Below are positions 28,635-39,894 of a stretch of 64,000 nt of DNA, in pieces. Position 1 is the first letter of the stretch. The number at the start of each line of letters is the position of its first letter. Location: NCBI RefSeq assembly GCF_009914755.1, contig NC_060938.1. One strand, written 5' to 3'. This DNA comes from the human T2T-CHM13v2.0 reference genome, Homo sapiens. A program made the translations under genes and the position numbers. Under the pieces are notes generated by a model. The model did not search any database and was not told the origin of the DNA. It was given only the letters and a program-made list of their open reading frames with translations.

Positions 28635-28755
28635 GTAGAGAGATGGGGTTTCATCATGTTGATCAGGCTAGTCTTGAACTCCTGTCCTCAGGTGATCCAC
28701 CTGCTTCGGCTTCCCAAATTGCTGGGATTACAGGCATAAGCCAATATACTCAGCC
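28635..28755 (-). mobile_element. Alu left-monomer fragment
   Basis: tagagagatggggtttc...ggtgatccacctgc...ctgggattacaggc. Confidence 0.85.
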
Positions 28756-30955
28756 TGAGAATTCATACTTCTAAGAAAGTACAAATCCATAGGGCACATG
28801 AGAACTGAAATGTCTATCTACAGTAAATACAGTTTGATGAATAAAATGGAAGGCAATTGACCTAAGGTGAAAAAAAAAACAAAAAACAATGAAAGCATGG
28901 GTACTATGTGTCATCTGTAAGAGCATTTGGTTAAGAATAACAAGCAAACCTGTTTTATAGTTTTAATAGCCGAAATTGGCAAAATTTCTAGTTTTTCTTT
29001 CATAGGAATGCTCTTTGCAAGAAAAAATTTTCATATAGTGAGAGCAAAAATGGCAACCATTTGCAAGTAAATGTCTTATGAAATTAAGTAGCAGATATCA
29101 AGCTCATGACCTTCAGATAGTTACCCCTAACTCAATCACTTACATAGCAAGTGCAGATAATTTTCATAGCTCCCTATTAAAATTATATTTGAATGCCCTT
29201 ACAAATTGTGACTGTTTTTAAATAAAGTTGACCAACTAAAATTTTGTATATGACATATGATAAATTCCCCTTCAAGTCACCTTACATTTACTTAATTTTA
29301 TTAGGCAGTGTCTGTCTACCACCCAATAATACTTGAGGATTCTCCCTCCATTTGCACAGGCATCATAGCTGGGAAACAGGGATTCACAAGACCCAGGCTG
29401 TTCCCTACATATGTTTCCTCCTCCGACATCAGTTCATCAGTCAATCAAGCCATGTGAGAGTGGAGGCCTTGTATTCCCTATTATTCTTGGGCACTCTACT
29501 CCAAGTAGGAAAAGGCCAGGAGGTCCTGTTAAAGGATGCACTCAGAGCCCGGTCTCCCTAACGTATGAGAGTGCTAACCAGCAGGTGTAGACTTTTCAGG
29601 AGTGAAGAATGAGGCAGGCATTCCAAACCTGGACCTTCATCATCTTTTGTTTCATCTCAAGACAATTCTGAGGGACTGTTTTGGAGCGTGTCTGGAAGGT
29701 GAACCTTGAAGAAGAGTGTGGGCTTTGATGTGACTCAGTTGAGATCTTTCATGGGGAGGCAGGAATTCAATGCCCAGAATCTGGGCTGGTGTCTTTGAGG
29801 TCAGTGGGTTGCGTCTTTGTATCAAAGTCCATTGTTACTAGGTTGGAGGCTGGAGATTCTAAATGGCTTCCAGACCATCTCTCTGATTCTCTTTGGGAGA
29901 TGGGGTCTGAAAGACAATGTCAGTATTTTTGGGAAATTCTAGAAAGTGTGCTTGGAAACGTGGGAAGAGCTCTTGCCTAGTGCCTAAATGCTCCATTTGC
30001 AGCTCTGGCCAAGTAGATACTTGGTAGGTATAGAGCCAGGTTTGCATTTATATCAGCAAAACCTATGTCAGAGTTGAAGAAGTAGTCAGGAAAAAGTGTC
30101 TTGGTCGCAGGCCGAGGAACATCTTAAAAGCAAACTTCTAGCCTGTTGACTCTTGGCAATGAGTGTTGGATCCTGGCTAAAGTGCCTTGAATGCAGCATG
30201 AGGTCAATCCATGAATCCAACTTCTAATGGAGAAATGTTAGTATTTTTTCAGTTTGAATCAATCAGGGTGAAACTACCATGCTATTGGTTTGCTTAGTTT
30301 TTATTATTTCATATAAAATCTAAGACAAAATACATTAAATGCTTATTGACATATGTATTTATTCTTCACCGGGCTGATAATATCTGCCTAATTTTAAACT
30401 TTCTTCCATTTTGTAGGTTTCAACTTATTCTATTGTAAGATACTGTTAAATCTAATAGAGGCATTGTCACTTTTACGTATAATTTTATTTTATTTCATAT
30501 ATTTCCTATTGGCTTTTTACATTTAAATTATGGACCACTTCATCATATAAAAAGCTTCAATTATATTTAAACAGTAAGTCTTTGGATTTTTTTGTCTTGT
30601 AATTTCCATATTACATAATAATGAGATAAACATTAATGTTTTCAGGGTACTTTAAATTTTAGATAATTACTCATTGTATTCATGTGAAATTTGTTTTTAC
30701 TGCATGTGTGGGTTGGAGGACTGTTTTCACTTCTGATTCATCTTTACTCTTATCTCATCAGAGCTCATACTTCTTGTAGTTGGGGGATTGCAGTTTATAA
30801 TTCCAATAAATGGGGCAAATTCAATAATAACATAATACAAATGAGTTTGAATGCAGGACATGTCTTCAAAGCATACACAACATGGGCCTACATATGTACA
30901 ACAATAATAATTTATAAGTTACAGTTTGGATGGAAAGTAAAAGTACAGAAAATTT

Positions 30956-31377
30956 GTTAAAGGAAATTAAAATGGAGATCATGTCTCAATAATCTCTGAG
31001 CAGACAAAATTAGTTAGGTCTCATAAGTGATCTCAACCTCGCTTGATTTGCAAATACAAACAAAACTTACATTATTTCTTGTAGCTGCATATTTAAAAAA
31101 GAGAAATGAAGCTCAACCAGTCAGAAGTAGCCAACAACCTTATATAAATAGAAACTGTCCAACAAGGTAAACAGACAAACAAAAAACAATAAAAAAAGTT
31201 GTGCTACCACCAATCAAATGATTTCTTTGTTTCTACATTTTTCAAATAAATACTTGCTTCTTACACTGTCAATGAAGCACTCAATATCTTTCCATCTGAT
31301 ATTTTATAATTTATCAATTGCTCTTACTCAAATAAACACTTTGCAATTTCATTGTGTCTCAAATTACTTTTTAGCAG
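30956..31377 (+). mobile_element. ERV1-type solo LTR (LTR54/MER72-like, tentative)
   Basis: tgttaaaggaaattaaaatggag...ctgagcagacaaa...ataagtgatctcaacc; aataaa near the 3' end. Confidence 0.45.
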
Positions 31378-31766
31378 AATAAACTAGGAATAAATATTAC
31401 AAAAATGTCTACGGAATATGGAAAAAACATAGAAAGTTTATGAAATATCTGAATGTAGACATAAGCAAATAGACAATTTGTATCATATTCTTAGGCAGAA
31501 AAACTCAATATTATCAACATCAATTGTCCTTATAGTTATTTATAAATTCAATTTTGTTCCTATACTGATACCATTAAATATTGCAAGTACACGTTACTAT
31601 AAAATATTATATAGATGAAAATGCAAACAAGAATAGACAAGAAAACTCTGAAAAAAAAAAAAAAAACACTGGCAAGCCCTGTGTAAAATCTTGATTGATT
31701 AAAAAACTCATGGATCACTGAAACTAAAAATTCAGAAATAAACCAAAGTGTCTAAGAAAGTGTCAT

Positions 31767-32087
31767 AGTGCATCTTGGCTGCTATAACAAAATACCTTAG
31801 ACTGGGTAAAGGATAAATAAGAGAAATGTATTTTTCACAGTTATGGAGTCTGGAAAGTGCAAGATTAAGGCAGCAGCAAATTTAGTATATGGTGAGAGCC
31901 CTATTCCCCATAGATGGTACCATCTCGCACATGGGACAAGGGCATTCCCTTCAACTTCCTTTGAAAGAGCACTGATTCCATTCATGAAGATGAAGAACTC
32001 TTGGCTTCACCACTTTCCCAAAGGCCTCATGCCTAAAATTATACACATATGAATTTGAAAGGGGACATAAACATTCAGGCCATAGCA
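31767..32087 (-). mobile_element. MLT1A/MSTB-type MaLR LTR
   Basis: ggctgctataacaaaataccttagactgggt...tcacagttatggagtctggaaag...acattcaggccatagca. Confidence 0.82.
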
Positions 32088-35000
32088 ATAAAAACTACAT
32101 GGGTGATGGCATCATTTATACATGAGGTGTAAAAATGTGATGTTCTTATCACAAAGGAAATAAATGATTTATTCTTCATGGCATATATCAAAATAAAGGT
32201 CCAATGAAAATATTTTTTATAAAGATAAATCTATATGGCAAAAAATTAAGTATTGATAAGTTTAACCCTACAGGTTGCATCAGGATTTTCAAGGTTTCCA
32301 GGGATGAGCAAGGCCCTGGAGTTTCTTCCTGTGACATTTTCCTGGAAGTTGCTCATGCTGTTATTCAATTTGAAAGTAGATAATATTGTTTGTTTCTCTT
32401 CCAATATTTACTAAATTCAAAATAATATAGGGCTCTTTACTCATAATTCTCAAACAATCATTCAGTCAGTGGGGCTCTGCTGAGGAAGAGCACAGACACA
32501 TCCACACAAGTATAATGTTCCTCAAATAGAGGACTTCTCCTTGTGCTGGAGCCACCTATGTTGCACTCGATCAGAGGCTTTCCCAGGATAGCATTTCTCT
32601 GCAGCCCTACCACAGTCTTAACCCTGAAAATCCCACTCAGAAGGCGACGGATGAACACCCACCCTAGCATTCTAATCTAATGGATCCTCTCTTAACAATC
32701 CCTTCCAGGGATCTGGGATCTTTCCTGGATTCGTCGGCCACACACAGCTAGGCTCAAAAATTTGGACAGAAACTTTGATCCTCATTGGCCCTCCTGCCCT
32801 GTCCTACCAGCTTCTCTAGAAGTATGCTTCTCTAATTGCTCCTGAGAGACACTATCTAAGGGTATCAACCTGTGCCAATATAATTGATCTCATAAAGTGA
32901 GAAGGGAAATAGGCAAGAGTCCAGCTAGCCTAGAAGAAGTGTCTAGGGTTCCTTACCTGATTTATGTCTCTGATTTACCTAAATATTGACAAATACAGAT
33001 TCACCTCTAGGCAGTAGAAAAACAGAAGGAGAAATCCCAGTTCATAGAGGAAGAAGAAAATGCAATCAATGCTGTCTAGAGTCCCGCTTAAGCTCAGCCA
33101 CAGGGTACTAAGTCTCTTCAGGAAAAAGCAATTGTTGTCCATCATCTGAAAAACTGTGGCCTGGAACCATGGGCACCGAGAGTGCACACTGCCCACTAGA
33201 GTTCCATGCCTACATCACGGAGAGATAGAATAGTCTCAAATGATTCTTAAGAGTAATGTGGGGACCAAAAGGAGATGAATCCACAGCCTCTGCCTTACCG
33301 TCTGATCTAACTAATAGTATTTCCAGACCTTTCTGTGGGCTGCACCAGGGGTTATTCAGAAAGAAAAAAAGTTGTTAATATCCCACCGTTTCCCGTAGCT
33401 TCCGAGGTCTGTGTTGTTCATACCCCAGGTTCCAGGTTGTTCTCCCACTACTTCCACAGAATCAGTGAGTCTCATTCCGGTACCTATAATCTCATCTTTA
33501 TTCTAGTCGCCCTCTACTTTTTTCTAAACACTTTATCTAGTAGAGCCAGGTAAAATAGAGACAAGAATATTTACATAAAAGTTAGCTGGAACTAAGTTGG
33601 AGTCCCATAACTGCTACTAGGCTGAGATGCAACTCAGAGGATACAAAAGCCAGGCTTGCCTAGAATTGCAGGTATGGGAAAGAAAGTCACATTTCACCCA
33701 GGAATTATTAGCACGAAATTCCAAGATTGTGAAATAGATTCCTAGATCCCCCAAACATTTCATCCTTATCTTGGAGGCAATCAGGAAGAGAAAATAAACC
33801 ATACCTAATCAACAAATTATCTAACCATCATGTGTGGAAAAGGAGGGAACATCATAGAGTTGGCTTGTTTTAGTACGTGTGGTGAAAAATGCCACGAAGT
33901 CAGAGCTCAATTGGTCTCAAAAACCTAAAAGATGGCACAGATTAACTTCACGGGACACATGGTATGGATGGTGTCGGCATACTGTTATGCTGAAGATGTC
34001 AAGAGTGGTGACTGATATCTCAAGAAGTGGGCCAAAAGTCCACTTCTGGTTACTCTGCTAGGTATGGTCTAGGAATTCTTCAACCATGAGACAAATAGGT
34101 CAACTTTCACCAGCAACCCCAAGTCTGGTTTGCAGTATTAGACTCTGCGTTAGACACAGATTTAGGTTCAATCTGCAGCTTGATTGTTGTCACTCTCTAG
34201 AAAACAAACTCTTACCATGGACTTCTAGATGAGTGATCCAGTTAGATCAGCATCTGAGATTGTCTCCAGTTTGCAGCCCAAAAGACATTCAGACAGTCTA
34301 CAGTTTCCATTGTAGATAACCAAACAGATAGAATATGTGCCATTATCCCAAACCCTGAGTTCTGACCTTTGAGAGGAGCAACCACTCATGTCAGGTTCTG
34401 TATGGCTGGCACAGGTTAAACAGCCACAGCGGCCCAGTGGACATCATGAGGTTTCACCTTCCCTGACTCATCTATGAACCAGGACCAGTCATATAGGAAA
34501 CACTCAGTAAATTGGGGGCCCCACAGAGACAGCAGCTTTGCTTCAGAGGATAGAAGGAGGCATAAAATTTCAAACAGCTGGGGATGCTCTAGCCCTCTAT
34601 GGGTGAAACTGAGTTTGGCAGGAGTTCTGCAGCAAGCTCTTAGCTGACTTTCAAATCAGTGTAACCAGTAGTGTGTCACTGAGTCCAAAAGCCCAAAGAA
34701 CACCTCTGGGAGGAGGCTAGTCCTTTACTAGAGGCTCCAAATGCCAAAATCAAGATTTTCTTGACCTCAGGATGAATTGATCAATGCAAATCTCCCCAAA
34801 TATTTTCACTAAACCTTAATTGGAAAGTAAGACTCCAGATTTTTTAACTCTCACTAAACATAAATATCTGATTTTTTCACCTGAGATCTATGTATGTGTG
34901 TTGGAGCATGCCTTTACCAATCAGCATAAAGTTACATCTCTCCTTGCGCCTCTACTTTCTACTTGTGCAGAGTTTAAAATGCAGAGGTGAGAGCTTAGGG

Positions 35001-35289
35001 TTTTCTGGGTCTTTTGCTAAGCATGTACCTGACCTTGAGCATCCCCAATTCCCCATTTCCTTCTTGATCCCAAAGACCGTTATCACAGTCTTAATTCACA
35101 GCAGCTTTTCCTCCTAGAGCTTTTTGACATGATTATTCTTAGACCCAACTGATATCCTTCGTTCCTGGTAGACTGCGTAGCTCATTTCCATTTAAATGCT
35201 TTTAGAAATATTAAACTATGGATTTAAGATTTATCTGCTTTTTAAATTAAGTAATGCTGCTCTTAGCCTTCCACAGGACTTGAGGGTTA

Positions 35290-38200
35290 TAAAAAAAAGG
35301 AAGAAAATAATTATTTTATACCAAGAGTATGAAAAAGAGACTGGGAATTACTATATTAATAGCAGACAAAATAGACTTAAAAACTTAAAAGAGACAATAA
35401 GACATTATATAGTCATAGATTGTCCATTTGGCAGGAAGATAGAAATAGTTTAAACCCATACCTAATAATAAAACATTGAGATATAGAAAGCATAACTTGA
35501 CAGAATTACAGGGGCAAAAAGGCGGTTCTAAAATAATAGTTGAAGATGTTAATACTCCACTCTGAGTAATGAATAGAAAAATGAGATAGATGATAAATTA
35601 GGAAATAGAGTTCTTGACTAACTCAATGAACCAAATTGATCTAACAGATATATACAATATACTCCATCCAACAAAAGAGACTACACACTCTTCTCAAACG
35701 CACATGGGGATTTCCCCACGATGGGCTGTGTAGTAGATCTCAAATTAAATCAATAACAGAAGAAACGTTAGAAAGTTTACAAAACTGTATAAATTAAACA
35801 ACATACCCTTAAACAACAAATAAGTAAAGGAAGAAATCACAGAGGAAGTTGGAACATACTTACAGAGGAAGAAAAATGAAAACAAAACACATCAAAAGTT
35901 AAGGGAAACAGCAAAAAGAGTGCTAAGATGTAAAGTTTGCAACTAAAATACATTTAAAAAGAACAAAGATTTCAAATAAATAATAACTTTATCACCTAGT
36001 AAATTAGAAAAATAACACCAAATTAGATGCAAAGCAAAGAGAAAGAAGAAAATATTAAAGCTTTTAGCAGAGATAAATGCAATGGAGATTATACAAACCA
36101 CACAATTCCAAAAAACCAAAAGTTCATTCTCACTTCTTCAAAAAATTAACAATTGGCAAACTTTCAGCTACACACAAAAAAAATTAACAGCATATTCACA
36201 TACTAAAATGAGAAATGAAAGTGGGACATTACTACTAATTCAAAGAATTAAAATGTTTAAAAAACTGTACTATGAACTATGATAGGATGATAAATTGGAA
36301 AACGTAAAGTGGGCAGATTCCTAGGTATACAAGACTTGATTACAAAGAAATACAAAATCTGAATAGATACAAAACTACTAAGGAAATGGAATCAGTAATT
36401 AAAAGCCTCTTCATAAAGAAAAGCCCTTATTTTGTTGGCTTCACTAGTGATTTAGATCAAGCATTTATAGAACAAAAATCCTTTCCAAAGTCTACCAAAA
36501 GCCTGAAGAGAGCAGTTCCAAACTTATTCCATGAAGCCACCATTAGCTCATACCGAAGCCAGACAAAGATACTACAAAAACCCATAGACTAATATCCCTT
36601 ATGAACACGGATGCAAAACTAGTCAGCAACATCCTAGCTAACTACATTCAGCAGCATACTAGCAAGATTACAACCCATGACCAAGGGGAGTTTATTATTG
36701 GAATGAAAGGAAGTTTTAGCATATGGGTGGTTTCAGTGCAGTGGTGTTTACAAATAATTGATCACAACCAGTATAGATTTCTTTATTCTTTTTCCAGTCT
36801 CACTGGTTCACTTAGCTAGCCTTTCTTAACAAAAGTTTAAGCATATGAAAATTAATCAATGCATATGCCACATTGACAAAATTTTTAAAAAGTATTCTCT
36901 CATTAATACAGATAACGTATTTTACAAAATTCAAAATATTTTATAATAAAAACAATAAATTAGGAATAAAAGGAAACCAGCTTTGTAAAATTCACATATA
37001 AAAACCCACAGCAAACAACATATTCCAGAGGAAAAGATCAAAAGTGTTTCCTCTAAGCTCCGAAGACAGAGTGAATATCTGCTCTTGCCAGCCACTTTTA
37101 TTCAACACTGTATTAGAAGTTTCATTCAGAGAAATTAAAAAAGACAATGAAATAAACTGCATCAAAGTGTGTACAGAAAATATATTCTTATATGTAGAAA
37201 ATCTTTGATTCCACACAAAAAATATTACAACTAATAAATTCAGCTGAATAGTAGCATACAAAATCAACATACAAAAACAAACTGCATTTTATGTAGTAAC
37301 ATGAATAATCTGAGAAGAAAACTCTGAAAACAATTCAATTTACAATAGTATCAAAAGAATAAAGTAGTTAGGAAGTAATGAAGAAGTAAAATGCCAATTA
37401 CTCTTGTGTAGATATTAAAAAATCAATTTTTAAGTTTATGGGGAATCTCAAAGATCTTTAAATTGCAAAAATAATTTTGAAAAAAATACCAAAGTTAGAG
37501 AAGTCACACTTAAAGATTTCAAGACTTACTACAAAATTCCAAAATAGCATGCTACAAAGAGACTAATGGAGTAATATAGAAGGCCCATATAAATAAACCC
37601 TCATATATAAGGTCAAATGATTTTTATGGGAAATGAACTGCCTTTACAACAATTAGTGCTGGGGAAATTGGGTGCCCACATGTAAAAGAGTGAAGCTGGG
37701 CCCTTAACTTCTACTATAAGAAAAAATTAACTAACTGGATCAAAGACCTAAATGTAAGAGCTAAAACTACAAAATTCTTAGTATAAAATGTAGGTAAAAC
37801 ATGTCATAAGGCTGGATTTGGCAGTGATTTCTTTTAACCGGACACCAAAAACGCAAGAAACAAAAGAAAAATAGATAAAGAGGACTCTATCCAGAATATA
37901 CAAAGAACAATTCAGCAATAATAAAACAAACTACTTGTTTAAAATATGGGCAAAATACTTAAACAGATATTTCTCTAAAAATTATGTGAAGTGGCTTATA
38001 AGCCCATGAAAAGGTACTCAACAAAACCTTTTCATTTTCATTAGTAAAATGAAAATCAAACCCCAAATGACATATCACTTAATGCACATCAGCATAACTA
38101 GTACAAAAAGAAAAAAAAAAACAGAAAATCACAAGTGTTGGTGAGGAAGTGGAGCAGTTAGAACCCTTGTACACTTGGTGGAAATGTAAAATGCTGCAGC

Positions 38201-38820
38201 TGCTATAAAACAACACCATAGTAACGAAATAATTTACACTCAAAATCACCGTATGATCCAGCAATTTCACATCTTGGTATGTTGCAAAAGATGTGAAAGC
38301 GAAGACACAACATAATACACGTACACCTAAGCTCATAGCAGCTTTACTCACATCACTCAAAAGGTTTTTGAATTACCTGTGTTGTTTGAATTATCATCAA
38401 TGAATAAATAGATAAAATGTGATTTATACATACAGTGGGATATTATTCAGTTATGAAAAATAAGGAAATTCTGACACATGGTACGTCACGCATGAACCTT
38501 AAGGACATTGTGCAAAGTGACATGAGCCAGTCATAAAAGGACAAATACTGTATCATTCCACTTATGAGATACTTAGAGTAGTTAAATTCTGGAAACCCAC
38601 GTAGAAGAGTGGTTCCTAGGAGCTGGAGGGGGAGTAACAGTGAGCTGTTATTTAATGTGTATTGAATTTTGGTTTGGAAGTTGAAAAAAGATCCTTATGA
38701 ATGGGAATAATAGTTGCAAAACAATGTGAGTGTAGTTAATTTCTCTGAGCTGAACACTTAAAATAGTTAAAATGGTTAATTTTACGTATACTTTGCCAAA
38801 ATGTAAAAAATATTTTTTAA
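35290..38820 (+). mobile_element. Old L1 (L1MA/L1MB-like) ORF2 and 3' UTR, degenerate
   Basis: ORF pieces MESVIKSLFIKKSP and [19 protein letters not shown]; 3' UTR ggacaaatactgtatcattccacttatg...cacttaaaatagttaaaatgg. Confidence 0.88.
36725..36824 (+). pseudogene. Y3 RNA processed pseudogene (RNY3P-type)
   Basis: agtgcagtggtgtttacaaataattgatcacaaccagt...ctagccttt follows hY3 along its full length; TSD aagttttagcatat/aagtttaagcatat. Confidence 0.93.
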
Positions 38821-39418
38821 ATAAACAAACTATAGCTATCTGCAATAGCATGAATTAATACCATAAATATAAAGTTGCCTAGAAGAAAGTAGATGTAAAA
38901 GTATACATATTATATAATTTCACTTATATAAAATCCAGAAAGTGAACACAACTGAGGTTGTGGCTTCCAGTAATAATGAAGTAGACTAGTTCGTTGAATA
39001 ACTATTTCACAGATAACAATAATAAAGCTTAATAAAATACTATATTTTGCTATATAGAAACGCACACTGTTTAGAAGACTGAATGAAGATTTTATCTATG
39101 CCACTGTGGAAGAGATAAGGATTGGGGTTTGAATCTATTCAAATTAACTCCCTCTTAAAATAATAATTTTCAAAGAAATACAACAGAATCCAGAGTCCCT
39201 GTAGTTCCTATCACACAATTTAAAAATTCATGAGATGTGTGAAGAAGCATGAAAGTGTAATCGATTCACAAGATAAAAAGCAGACAATATAACCTATTCT
39301 CAAGATGTGCAAGATGCTGTAATCAGTAGATAAGATTTGAAAGAAGCTATGGTAAGTATGTTCATGGGGGTAAAAGAAAACAGTCTCATGACAAGTGAAC
39401 AGAAGCGTAACTGTACAC

Positions 39419-39823
39419 TTTCATGCGCGTCCGTGTGAAGAGACCACCAAACAAGCTTCGTGTAAGCAATAAAAGCTTTTAATCACCTGGGTGCAGGCAG
39501 GCTGAGTCCGAAAAGAGAGTCAGCAAACGTAGATAGGGATGGGGCCATTTTATAGGATTTGGGTAGGTAAAGGAAAAAGGGGGATTGTTCTCTGGCGGGC
39601 AGGAGTGGGGGGGTCACAAGGTACTCAGTCGGGGAGCTTTTGAGCCAGGATGAGCCAGGAGAAGGAATTTCACAAGACAATGTCATCAGTTAAGGCAGGA
39701 ACAGGCCATTTTCACTTCTTTTGTGGTGGAATGTCATCAGTTAAAACAAGAACCGGCCATCTGGATGTGTACGTGCAGGTCACAGAATATACGATGGCTT
39801 AGCTTAGGCTCAGAGGCCTGACA
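39419..39823 (-). mobile_element. HERV-H LTR7-family LTR without internal sequence
   Basis: Reverse complement starts tgtcaggcctctgagcctaagctaagcc and ends tggtggtctcttcacacggacgcgcatgaaa; TATA-like cctataaaa and attaaa poly(A) signal on the minus strand. Confidence 0.93.
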
Positions 39824-39894
39824 CTGAGTGCACTCAATAAAAATTCTCCTGTTTCAACCCGGGGTCTCTCTCATCCTCCTGAATCCCGCAACGG

